DNA from: Pseudovirgaria hyperparasitica
Taxonomy: Eukaryota
DNA: 64,000 nt
NCBI GenBank assembly: GCA_010093815.1
Contig: ML996569.1
Strand: one strand, 5' to 3'
Shown here: in pieces, positions 22,871-35,088 of the stretch
How the letters are laid out: each line of letters opens with the position of its first letter
Position numbering within the stretch: position 1 is the stretch's first letter
Made by a program: the position numbers and the translations under genes
The notes under the pieces: model-generated
Told to the model about the DNA's origin: nothing
What the model saw: only the letters and a program-made list of their open reading frames with translations
Database searches by the model: none

Positions 22871-25201
22871 TCAAGCCCTCACGCCTACAGATCGAAGATA
22901 CAGTTGCCTCCGATCCTCTGCCTCGCGAATGATTTCTGCAGATAGACGAAGACTCGGGGCCAGGTGCGCATATCGTTCGATCTCGAGTATAACGTCGTCA
23001 ATGATAACGTCCATCTGATGTGGTGGGGGGAGCAAAGCGGACAAAGACGACGACATGGTTGCCCCCATTACAAGCAGTGTTTGCGATACAATTCTAGCAT
23101 TACGGTGTTAGTTAAGCAGTATAGCCTCATGATGGAAGGGTTCACGTACGATAAAGCTCCTTGCCATAGGTAAGGCAGATGTCCCGCATGACTGGACATG
23201 TAGTCAGCATCGAGTTCGATTGGAGCTTAATTCAGGAGAAGGACACTTACTGAGCTTGGATATGCTCCAGTTGTCTGATACAGGCCTCAAGACACCGCCG
23301 GCAGTTCTCCTGCACTGTCAGGTCCATGGCCACACTCTCATCGTTGAGCACAGCGAGGATATAAGGGCGGTATATGATCGTCCGGCAAGCAAAGTAGCGC
23401 AGTCGTAGAACCGTTTGTACTGGATTAGACAGCGGTACTCTACTGTGAGGAAATTGCACCGGAATGGGCAGGCTTTCATACCACTGTGTCAACTGGTAAT
23501 CTAGTTCCGCTGCGAGTGGATCCAAGACGGCCAGAGAGGTCGACGGGGTGGTTTTCGTGTATATCATATGACTAACTCTATTAAGGAGCCTCCGTAGCGC
23601 GATTTCAGCCAGGAAGTACCAGAGTTCATCTTTGCCAGCTGGCTCTTCTCCCTCATCTTCGAATCCTCCTGGTAAGCCCACACTTTCTTCGAATTGGATG
23701 ATACCCGTATGTGGAAGATCCAGCTCAGCAAGAAGATCACTAGCAGAAACATAAGAATTGGCTTGGACGACACAAGATCGACTTACCTTTCGAACAAGAG
23801 TGCATTCCAATACACTCTCTCACTTAGCTCCTTCGCGTGTGTAGGCAGTCGCCCAGGGGAACTAAGAAGCAATTGGAGTTTCATACTTGTACTCGTAAGC
23901 AGGTTCCATGCTTCCAATGGGCGTACGATGTAGAATAAGTACGCAGAAGCTAGAATATGACATTGTGCAGACATCATAGTGTTGCGAGTCATGAGACTTG
24001 GAAGCAGAGCCCAAGCAGCAGCAAAGTACGACATACCAGGTGGGTCCTTGTCTGAAGGCTGCTGGGAGATGCTACCGGCGTTGCTAGCACTGCCAAGGGC
24101 TAGCACGAGTAGTACAATGCAACTCTCCGGTCCCTCTCGAAAGCCAACAGATAGCGCAGTACGATAATAGCTGTGCCAATTGTATGGATTCACGCAGGCA
24201 TACCACACGTTCACCCGTTCGAAGAAAGCTTGTACATAAGCCCCAGTGTGCGACAAATCAATATTGAGCTGAGTTCCAAAGCTCAAAGGCTCTCGAGCCA
24301 TTTCTATTTGGAGTAACACCTGGGGATCATAAGGGCGTGAGACAAGGTCCCGAATCATCGGCCATTGAAGAAGATTCAGCGCTGGAGTCGTGTGAGTCTT
24401 TGGCATAACGGAGATGTTCGAGGGTAGTGTGGACCACGTTCCGACTTCATTGACAACTGGAAACAAGCCCAAGCCCGAGACGTCACTGGAACTTCGCGCG
24501 AGGATATCGTCGTTGGTACTGGTGGTTGCAGCAGGAGAGTGCGAACTGAGATTCAGGCTGCCATGCTGGGATAAAAAGCTTGAGTGTAGGAGCCCTTCAA
24601 TGCGATTCAAATGCTCCAGGATCAACTTGTCTCCGGCATCAAGCTTGATTCCAGGCTCTCGATATACACATTCGGCATTTAACTCTGTACAGAGTCGGCA
24701 CTTTGGTCTCGAACCATCACATCGTGACTTCCTTGAGCGACAAATTTCACACTGCGCAATACTATTAATTTCGAAATCATTATAATAACATTGGGATCAA
24801 CTCACTGCAATTGTTGCTCTCCGACGCGGGTAGTCAATTGCATCTGTATTCGGCCTCTTTTTAGGGTTCGTACAGGCGTCACCATGACTAGTTGGAGCTT
24901 GACCATTCGAGAGTAGTGAGGTGTCGTACGGCGTCTCTCTATCAGTGGATGACTGTGACATGTTGCGAGGTCTATTACGAAATGGTGCTCCGCTCACACT
25001 AAGATTGCTGATGGGTGAGTAAAGGCCATCTGTGGGAGAATCAAGTAGGTGAGATGACGCAAGAGACGACTTGATGGAATAGTTGTTTGCATCTGGCAAG
25101 GTCGAAAGATTGAGGCAGAAAGAATCGCGAAGGTAGTGAGAGTTGGCTGCTGCTGCTGCTGACACAGGACTAACATCCGGAGACGGCGAAAGGGTGGGCA
25201 T
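22871..25201 (-). CDS. Zn(II)2Cys6 transcription factor with fungal TF middle-homology region
   Basis: YPRRRATIA|CEICRSRKSRCDGSRPKCRLCTELNAECVY binuclear cluster. Downstream exons 23783-24625, 23247-23810 and 22871-23068 carry RVYWNALLFE.DLLAEL and WYFLAEIALRRLLNR. Confidence 0.93.
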
Positions 25202-26776
25202 GGTCTATTGGTGGACTGGCGAGCACACCCTTGGTGGTATTACTGGCCACAATGATGAGACTTCAGTGGAATAAGCCGTGGCTTGGTGTTCGGCAGGCGC
25301 AGCGGCGGACTTCGATCGAGACTACCTGCACGATCCCCTGTGGTGCAAAGAAGAATGGACAGATATAAATATTCTGAGATGTGGAGAAATGAGTGGGTCG
25401 TGGTTGAAGTAGAGTGAAGCATCGACAAGCCGAGACAAGTAAGGTGTGTCCATTGTGGTGGCGTCTAGCATCACGGATGACCCAGTCTGTCAATCGCCAT
25501 ATTAGTGAGACCCTGGTCAGATCCACAAGACGTGCCTGTTTGCTTCCCAAGCCGCATCTATAATATGCAGTAAGTTAACGCACAGGATCAATCATTCTTT
25601 GAGTACCCCTGCAGCATACCACTCACCTGACACCATTTTGTCGAATTGAAGCTTTTGTGAGGAGAAACAAGATCCGGAGAGCGAGTCGCTATTATTGTTT
25701 TAGGAGTTGATCTCAAGGAGTTATACACACTGAATGGTGGGTAATTCTGCTGGATTGGCGTCTCATAAAGCGAGCAAAGACGAAAATCTCACCACACGTG
25801 TCTAGCCACCGAGCGCATAGACCGATGTCGATTTGATTGAACGAACGCACTGCCGGCCTAGTTCCAGGTAGTATCATGTGGCAAGCATGTTTTTTTCAGA
25901 AAAGTCTGGGGGAATGTAGACCTGCAGTAGAGAATGGCGATGGAATGTTCCAAGTAAATAGCCTAAATGGCGTGGCTGTATTTCCGACCAGTAAGCACGT
26001 AGTCCGGTGTTAGGCTACGAGTCAACCATCGAGTATCAAGGCATTGACTTCGTGTAAAGAAGCTACCAGAGGTTCCGGACGGCGACTTTCCAATCTACTT
26101 CATTGCTTGGTATCATGATGGGCTATCAAGATCCCGGAGGCAATTCGTCACTGGTGGCAGATCCTGGGGAAGCACAGTATTATGATCATGCCTAATCTAT
26201 GATCCCTGGCGTAGCAGCAGAAGTGTGGAGTGCAGCGATACACAACACATAGGGCTGTCGTATACGGTCGAACCTGGCAAGTCGACCTCGTGCCACATCT
26301 AACTAACTGTCGCATGAAGGGCTGTTCCATGATTAAAAGTCAATTTCGTCGATCTAACCAGTCTGGAGACGGCCGGATTGTTCTTGTTTGGTGATAGTCA
26401 TGGTGACTACGCCCAATGAAGGAGAAATCGAACTCGTAATATGTCTGATCCACGGTAAAGGCACGAGAAGACGTATGCCGTCAACACTTACGATGTGCAT
26501 CTGTATTCAATACGCAATCAACTGCCATTGAAGTCGTCGCCGGAAAGAGGAAGTGCTTGACACGTTAGCCTGACGAAGCTTTCAAAGAGCGCGTGACTCC
26601 TTGTGTTCAGGATCGAGGTTACTCACATACCTTAGGAAGCTAGCTGCAGCGACGATGACCACGTACTTGCTACGTTTCAATGCTGCTCCTCAATAACAAC
26701 TTGAATGAAGAGTCCTGAGAACCTTGTACGGCAAAGACGTCACTCGGAACGGTCTTAAAGTAAGCTTTATGACAAG

Positions 26777-27275
26777 ATGGCACCAAAAAGTGATGAAAAC
26801 ACAAAATCAACAAGCGGCAAGTTGACCGTTGCTGATGACTGCGAATCGTCCGAGGCTACTCTCGGAAAGGTTTGTATAGCACCGCCATTCAAGGGAATCA
26901 TGCTAATGGCGGTGGGAAGAACTCGGCCAATTCGAACAAGACTGCGACCGAAGCAGCACAAGTGCTGAATGTCTTGACCGAGATCGCTCATAATGCAGTG
27001 GTAGCTGTCGAGGAGGGAGTCAAGGCAGTTGGCAAAGCGGTCTCTGATGTGGCAGTGAAAGCGTCGTACAAGCTGGAGGGAGCCAATGATACTGATCTAG
27101 GCCCTTATGCTTCCCAAGGTGCGTGATGGAAGCAGCACACTTACCATTCCACTATTGTCAGAAGCTGAACAAAGTCTTGCTAGGGACGACCGCACCTAGC
27201 GACTTCGATCCCATAGCAGGGTTGGACTTAGGAGACACCAGCCGTGACAAAGTAAAGGGTGAAGGCGAAAAGTGA
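26777..27275 (+). CDS. Small 3-exon orphan protein (~127 aa) with central amphipathic helix
   Basis: Exons 26777-26869, 26920-27118 and 27184-27275. Introns GTTTGT..GCTAAT..AAG (50 nt) and GTGCGT..GCTGAAC..TAG (65 nt) both keep frame: MAPKSDENTK...EATLGK|NSANSNKTATEAAQVLNVLTEIAHNAVVAVEEGVKAVGKAVSDVAVKASYKLEG...SQ|GTTAPSDFDPIAGLDLGDTSRDKVKGEGEK*. Confidence 0.65.
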
Positions 27276-27964
27276 TAGCATGAGAGTGTCGATCCGGATG
27301 CCACACGGCGTATGAAGAAGTTCTGTCAGCGTTGCGAAAGTAACTGCTCATCGCAGCAAAACACACTTGTAGATAACGTGTATCAGTGCTATCCTGCTAG
27401 CATCCAAAGGAGTTGCAATTGATAAATTGCAGTGATGGATGCAAGAGGATGGGCTGACAGAGTGATGACTCTAAGAGTGCTCGTGAGGATCTAGCTGACT
27501 AAGACAGACTTCAGCCTCACCGGTTGGAAGTTCTAGGATGTACTAGGTATACCATTTCGTCTGATCAGAAAAAAAAATCAATTCATCTTCAACTCATCGT
27601 GAGCATCACAATTGACCTTGTTCACGACAAAGGACAAGGATCCTCAGCTTCTGCTCCGATTTTCCCCTTGAAGCAGCGAATCACAGCCGCGCGTGGTCGT
27701 GTTCTCGCTTCTCAACACCATTAATGCAAGCCATAACCTTGGCGCCTCTCGTGTCTACGTCGCGATGCCATTTTGAGGCCAATCAAACGCTATAGGACCG
27801 GCGCGTCCCCTAACATGGCGGGCAGGAATGGCTGGACTCATTTCAGATCATGAGTGCGCTTCCCTCTGCCGTAAGAGTCGACCGTAGGCCTTGCTCAAAG
27901 ATGGTGCGTCTCCGTCTTTTACTTCGTCTGCATCGTCCATCGCAGGACTAGCAGTATCTTCATC

Positions 27965-30217
27965 ATGGCGACCGTCCTCCCTTTGAGGCTCCTCAGTCTG
28001 GCCAATGGAGAGTTCTCCGTCATCGATCCGCGAGCGAGTATGATTTCCGAATTCGATATTGTTTCTTACACCTGGGGAGATCTGGTTGAGCCGTACATGT
28101 GCGGTATCCCCGGCGTGACCTGGAAGATACCTCTCAGGCCGGAGAAACTGGCTGCTATCATGAGACTACTGGGCAGCATAAGCTCTGAAACGAGGTACTT
28201 GTGGTGCGATTGCGTCTGCCTGAACCAAGACGACATGGACGAAAAGGCCGTTGAGATCCCTCGGATGTTCGACTATTACAAAAGCGCTCGCAAATGCCAC
28301 ATCTTGCTCGACATACCCTTGGTCTGGAACCCGCAGGAGATTGTCGACAATCTGAAATTTCTAGACCACGTACTTGCTCATATGGGCGGTGCCGCGCTCG
28401 CTTCGGAGGCGAGGCTGACCCCCAATGTGATCAATCGTCTGGCTCAATGGGCAGGAAGGACAGATTTTCCGCTTGAAAAATCCATCATGCGATCGGCTGC
28501 TGTAGACATGGGTGTGCTTAATTGTTATGCCGCTTGCATTCATCATGTCAAGTCACTTTTTGACAATGACTACTTCAGCAGAGTGTGGACGTTTCAGGAG
28601 ATGATTCTCGGCAAGAACATCATATTGTGGGCAAACAACTCCGAACGCATGGATTACATCGGTCAGCTCGAGACGTGGATGGATTTGGCGACAGATTCCC
28701 GAGATAAAGCGCACAAGCTATTTCGTTGGATCGACGAGTGTCGAGTGGTGAATACGGGTTCAGTCAATGCCATCTTGAGGATCATAGCAGAAGATGAGCT
28801 TGATCTTGAGAGCTTGAAGACTCAAGTGAGAGGCATCGGGGGAGCAAGGGCAGACATCATTACTGGCGGAGCTATCTGGTGGCAAGACAATTTCAAAGGC
28901 ATAATGAACATCTTCTCCGCAATATCACTATCGCCTCGAAAGTGTCGGGAGAAGGCGGACATCTTTCGAGGCCTTTTGGGAATATTTTGCGGTTTATTCT
29001 CAGCCGACGAGGTGAAGAGAGATCTGTCCGGAGAGGATCTGGATATGATATCGTTCAATTTCTTCAAGCAGTTATCTCACAAGACTGGTGTCGCATGGAC
29101 CAAGCTTGCTGTCAGCAGTCGAGAGAGGGGCGAGTGGGATTGGATACCCGTAGTGGAAAATCACAACGATGTGATGACCACAGACTGCTTCGCCGGAGTC
29201 ATCGAACTTGGGAGGCTGAAGCCCAAAGGTTTAGCCAAAGCTATTGCCGACACTGGTATCAAGGGCTCTCCGCGCACATACATGAAATTGCGGCTCGAAA
29301 AGCAAGAAGGACCATTCCAGTTCTACTTCAAAGGCTGTAACTGCGGAAAGTCAGTCAAAAAATCCTTCTTTAAGTCTGAGCCGATACCGACCAATGATCA
29401 GCCGAGAGATGTGGTGAAAGACGAGACTGGTAGGGTGCTGGTGCAAAGCGCGACTATTTTAGCGACCCTTATGAGTCCTGGTTACGATGTTGTCGAGTAT
29501 AGACGGAAGCTCCTGAAAACGTTTCAGCCTCACTGGAATGTCAGCGATCCCAGTGCTAAACCACCGAATTGGATCGATCGGTGCGTATCTGGTACGCCAT
29601 GGGAGAACCCGGATTTGCGATTTTTACGGACACATAATATGTCAATGAACTATCGTATGCTTGACATAGATACTGCCAGTTGCGGCTCCCGTCTTGCAAA
29701 CGAAAGCACAGCAAAAATATCCTGTGAGGTGCACATCAACTGCGGATGCATCATTATTGCGCCATTCCCGTATATCTTCCAAGCTATTTCCGCTGTTCAA
29801 GGAAGCTTCTTAGGACAGCTGAACGCAAGCATTGATAACGATGACCGCATCATTCTGAAAGACGGAGTGGGTCTAATACAAGTCGGAGATGTGGGCAAGA
29901 CATTCCATCTCGTAGCGTTCTCAGGCGACAACGACGCGCACAGATCCTATGCGTCCAGTTGTAGGAGCACGAAAGCCGACAAAGCGGTGGTTCCCAACCA
30001 AATGCCCATGTGGCCGACCGGGCGTGCTTTCGTGCGCGAAGACTTCTCACATGGCCTCACTGATGGCCTGAGGGACTACGGCTATGTCCCTACAGGCGGG
30101 TCTGGAAATCTGCTCATATGTAGGAATACGCCTATAGATCAATACAGGGTTATAGGGGTATGCATCGATGAGTACATACACCACGAGAAGCAAAGGCGTG
30201 AAGTACGTATCCGATGA
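27965..30217 (+). CDS. HET-domain (heterokaryon incompatibility, TIR-like) protein, 750 aa, intronless
   Basis: HET motifs FDIVSYTWG, LWCDCVCLNQDD..EKAVEIPRMFDYYKSA and YFSRVWTFQE; HET-6-like downstream motifs RKCREKADIFRGLLGI, WDWIP and terminal YRVIGVCID. Confidence 0.92.
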   Translation: MATVLPLRLLSLANGEFSVIDPRASMISEFDIVSYTWGDLVEPYMCGIPGVTWKIPLRPEKLAAIMRLLGSISSETRYLWCDCVCLNQDDMDEKAVEIPRMFDYYKSARKCHILLDIPLVWNPQEIVDNLKFLDHVLAHMGGAALASEARLTPNVINRLAQWAGRTDFPLEKSIMRSAAVDMGVLNCYAACIHHVKSLFDNDYFSRVWTFQEMILGKNIILWANNSERMDYIGQLETWMDLATDSRDKAHKLFRWIDECRVVNTGSVNAILRIIAEDELDLESLKTQVRGIGGARADIITGGAIWWQDNFKGIMNIFSAISLSPRKCREKADIFRGLLGIFCGLFSADEVKRDLSGEDLDMISFNFFKQLSHKTGVAWTKLAVSSRERGEWDWIPVVENHNDVMTTDCFAGVIELGRLKPKGLAKAIADTGIKGSPRTYMKLRLEKQEGPFQFYFKGCNCGKSVKKSFFKSEPIPTNDQPRDVVKDETGRVLVQSATILATLMSPGYDVVEYRRKLLKTFQPHWNVSDPSAKPPNWIDRCVSGTPWENPDLRFLRTHNMSMNYRMLDIDTASCGSRLANESTAKISCEVHINCGCIIIAPFPYIFQAISAVQGSFLGQLNASIDNDDRIILKDGVGLIQVGDVGKTFHLVAFSGDNDAHRSYASSCRSTKADKAVVPNQMPMWPTGRAFVREDFSHGLTDGLRDYGYVPTGGSGNLLICRNTPIDQYRVIGVCIDEYIHHEKQRREVRIR

Positions 30218-33200
30218 ACAGTATAGAAGGGCATTGTTGGTATCAACGACAGGCGCACTTGGTAGTGGTTAAATGTTTAATTATTGCTTTTGTCTCACAT
30301 AATCACGTGCTCGAAGTATTCACTCGGAATTGCTGTGTATCCGTATTTGAATCCTAATATTGATGAGACAATGACGGGAATGCTCCAGTGCACTCATGTC
30401 TATGACAATCGGCTAAACCAAAACTATCTTGTAAAAGCCAACAGACCTGAAAACCTAGTCATCGAACTGCGACCGTTACGAACTTTCTGGGTGAGGTCTG
30501 AACTTGCCACAGGCTTCGGATATATCAGCTATTGCTACTCGGCCAAGCAGATCTTTTTCGAGGGCAAGGCATCCTTGGTAGAATCAAGAAAGGACAGTAT
30601 CCTAGTACCAAGCTCATGGAATGTCCAACTGATCGATCCCAGTTCGTCCGTCAGTCATCTTCACATTGATGCAAGGTAGCATTCTGTGTACGCATAGACG
30701 AGCTCAGGGTCAATTTCTTCGTGGCTCAACTGAGAAGGGATATGCGTCTTGTTGTCGGTCAATTGCATGTGAATACTCGCGAAGACTTACATGGTCCTAG
30801 TACCTCTGAGCTTCGTACTACAAAGTATTATCGTATCAGGACTTTGCTAAAGTTGACGCTTATATTGGCTAGAAGTGATGGAATGCATATCACAGGACAA
30901 CGTGTAGTACTAGGACTCCGATAGTGATCGTCTGTGATTCGTGTGTAGGTAGATAGATACTCACCCCTTTAATTCACGACAGTGTGGCGACCCAATCTAA
31001 AAATGAGTATTGCAGACGTCAAATGAATATTCATCCGATGTCCGACATCTAGTATTTACCGCAGTCACTCACGGATCGTCCACAGACAAATGCTGTGTCG
31101 TATTATCGCATTCGTGTCTTTTTCGTAACCACCGAGATGGGCCAGCTTGATCTTCCCCGCAGCGTCACATCCGTTCAGGCTCCAGCCAAGTCCAGATCGT
31201 CATATCCCCACAACCAATCCACGAACCGCCCGGAGTTCCGCCCCGAGCACGCTTTGTATACTTCGGAACTCCTCTCATACCGACCTAGTGGTTCCCGTCT
31301 TCTCCCCGTGCCGCAATCAACCGCGCCAGCCCTATGCTGAGACCTCAGATCATCGTCTGTCTACCAATCAACAGGTGTGATTGCGGCTATTTCCGCCGAA
31401 TAGAGCTGGCACGAGGAGCAGGGGCACAAGATTTGGAAGGTGAAGGCGCTGCAAATGACCTATTTTGGTGTTTGCTTCGCTATTGTGTCGCTTGTGGCGT
31501 GAGATATCTCTCGGCCATTCCAAACAATCACATACAGCTAATTATGAAACTTTTCATTTTTTTTTTTCGCTTTTGCGTATCCTGAGATAACACTATAGCA
31601 ACGTTATGATCGACATCATCCTGCCAGGCAGGTCTTGTGATCAGTTTGCCAGTGCTTGAAGGTGTCCACACACTAAGATCTTTTACCCAACATAGATAAG
31701 TGGTCGCTCATGGAGAGATTCCAAGGAGTGACCCTTCTGGTAATAAGCCGTGCCATGAAAAGCTTCTTTGATTGTATGCTCGTATGACAGAAGACGACTC
31801 CACTATAGCTAGTCATAACCGTCAAGTGCACCCATCTGTGAGGCGTAAACCATTGTCAACGCAGACTGTGCCGCATGAGCCTCGACCACCAACCGTACCG
31901 CCGATACACCGACTTTCACAAGAGGGCTGTGGATACTATTCGTGGTGTTGCGTAGAACAAGCTTTGTCTTTCAATTATTCGAGATGAGCGGTTTCACTGA
32001 TACGAAATGTAGAGCATTAAGATTCATAGAAGGCGGCACAGGAGTGTGTGTGTGAGGATGATGTATCGTTCCGCTTTATGTATCATTAGGATCTTGTTTG
32101 AGCCATGAATGTACTTGATTGGGTTTGGAAACCTCAAAGCTAATGGTATGTTGATTGTCACTATAGATAAATTCCGTATGGACACATTCGCCGAATTAGC
32201 GAGAAACATTGCCGACACGGCATGTCGATCTGTGGATCCTTAAGAGACCAACGAATCAATGCTTTCGAACACTTTGCGGTTCAATCAGGGATGGCTGGGC
32301 TCGCAAAAAGACCGACGTCAAATGATGCTAGGTTCCTAGGAGTGCTAGTATCCCCCTTCGGTCGCATGATGTCGATACAATCCATGCTGTGAATCTAGAA
32401 TGCTACATATCAAATGTAGAGTTGTATTGCCCCTCAGGACGTGTCTCCGTTGACCCCTAGGCCATGAATATTGTGACATGGCACAGTTCAAGTCTGGTTG
32501 GACGGTTGAGCACTTGAAGCTCATTTCAGTTCGTGTGCAGCTGATGGGGGGTCGGTGGCTGGTAATATAGGAAAATTTCACATATCTGTGTTGGATTATT
32601 CAGGTGTTGGTCTGGTTGCAATAATCCGAGACGAGTTCCAAGGATGAACGATCTCGATACACGGCCCTGAGCCACAGTATGACAAGAGTCGGTACTAGGA
32701 ATGATGACATTTCTTCTTGATGCGACACGGGCCGCTGCCTTGGCTTATGTTGTTTGTGTTCAATGCCCGATCGAACTTCGGTAAGACAGGGCCTCCAAGG
32801 CGACGAACGGGTGTTTAATATCCGCTGTATTTTACGCTGCGTTCGGCTGGTCAGCAACCGTGTGGCTAGGTGATGACGAACACACCAGGCTACAAGGCAA
32901 TAGGTTTCCAATTGTTCGAAGAAGTACCAGGTCCCAGGATGATAGCCTGTGGGTGAGGTGGGAGACGCGACAAAAATGAGAGAGAAGTCGTTTAGGACTA
33001 GGAGAGTCAGGGCAAGCGAGGGATGAATTGCAGGCTGCACCGCCATGCGAAGCATCTTGGCGGACCCATCGAGCAGGAGCCTGCGTTACTCAAGCTTTTA
33101 GACCTGAGCGGTCAGATTGTTCGGTACCACAGCTGGATTCCTTTGCTTGATGCTTGTTACCATGTTGACTACAACACGAGGTTCAATCCTGGCAGCATCC

Positions 33201-35088
33201 TTGTCTTGGGCATAAGATAGGCGCTTAAACACACATACGACGATGAAAGCTTCTAATGAGCAGGACGGACGGAGACTACAACAAAGAATGGACCTCGAGC
33301 CGCCTATGGTGGCCTTTCAAGTCGAGCTTCACTGTCTGGTGCATTGTACTTTGCGCAGCAATGCCGCATGGTGTGATGATCAATGATCCAGAACAGAAAG
33401 ATGTTACTATTAGGAGGTATAGCATGGCATGAACCGTTAATTTGCAAGCTTGACGACCCAAATTGACACTTGATCGGTAAACGGAGTCTACATGTCCTAC
33501 GCCGCATGCACTTGAAACTCAGTGGCTTTTAGGTCAGTGTCGTAAATTGAGCTATTTCCGGCGATACACACCTGTCAATGAGTTTCATGGACGATGAGAA
33601 AACAGACACCAAGAAGCCCTGATACTCAGATTCTAGTTACTTACGGCAATCTGTGATATCATATCTTTAGTGTCGAGAAGAGAAGATTGCGGTGCTGCAT
33701 TCATCCTCGACAAACATGACGAATATAGTAGCACCCAATCAAACTGGCATGCTGATTCGACGCAGAGAAGCTCGAGGAAGCAAAGCCCAAAGAGCGGTCA
33801 TGTTATGGTAGAGTTCGTGGTGAACCGGCGTTAATAGTGTGCAGGGGAAACGAAAGAAGGGTAAAGCGACAAGAGAAAACGGAAACAGGAATAGGATCCA
33901 CTGGTACCAAAGTAGACTTCGACGATCTATTTTTGTACATGGCGTTGTCAGCATACCGCGCTAACCTCTTTTGGCTCCAAGCAACCATTACCAGGTCACC
34001 GGGAATTGGAGGGGATGGGAGAGGATTGGGGAGAGGGAGAGAGAGCAAAGCACCACGAAGTATTCACCAGCTTTACAGCCTCAATGTCTGTTTCACTTCA
34101 ATGAATTCGCTGGCATTTCAAAGCATCTACGAATCTAGACGCCGCATCATTCTTGTTCTCATCAAATACTACCCTGAGCCTTGCGTGCGGTTTAGTCGCC
34201 ATAAATTTAGCAAAGGAACGGGCAGTACACTGAGAATATTGGCCTGGGCATGTAACTACACAGCTCATGCCCAGCCAGAGGGTTGCATAGCTCGAGCCTG
34301 GCAGACACGGCCACTGTGACGACAACAATGCACTACCTTCATCCTCATGGTTGGTTATATGTAGATACATACCAGCTGTGGATAGGATTAGGGATTGTGT
34401 CTAAGGGGTTATCGCAACGTGTGCGGGACCAGTGTAGTTATAGCGTATACATTCTTCTTGCCAATGTGCTCGGCTATATGAATCAAAGAGAGATACGATT
34501 CTTCGTTAACTCAAGTCGTCAATGCACAGCAGACTCATATATTCGAAGGCAGGGATCCAAGTCCACATGCGGGTAGAGATCGGTCCAATGTGCCTGTATA
34601 CATCCTCGTGCAGATGGAGTGAAAGGCCAAACATCTATGCCAAGCACAGATCGCCCAGTCTGAGCTGGGGGCAGACAAGTGAGTGGGTACCAACATGGAC
34701 CCCCCCTCAATCCATATCGCACTCCCAAGATCATCTCACCGACATGTTCTCCCTACTCTGGTCGCTTCTGTAGCCCATGCCCCCCCATGCTACCAATGTT
34801 GAAGACGCCGTTGCGTTCCCGCGAGCTGGTCGGGACTACGCCAATCCGGAACCGCCTCATAGGCGGCTGAGTCTGTCCCTGTCTCCGCCCAGATTTAGAC
34901 CTTGTGCCACAGGGCCCATGCTTGCTCCTTGGCAAACACAATGATCTCGACGTTCATTTGTATGTAAGCGCTCATTGCTACATTCTTTATATTCAAATGT
35001 CTGGTCACGCCTTGTTCTCAAGTATACTACATGACTTTCATTGGGCGTCACTTTTATCATCGCCTCTCTGCTCCACATGTCTCTCGTT

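Noticed and set aside
26872..26919. N/G-rich QGNHANGGGK peptide next to the HET gene, resembling an amyloid signalling motif
   Set aside because: It falls inside the predicted 50-nt intron of the small gene, so it is probably not translated; no NLR partner is present.
25300..35000. Possible Starship or transposon carrying the HET gene
   Set aside because: No tyrosine recombinase captain, transposase, RT, terminal repeats or target-site duplication recognised.
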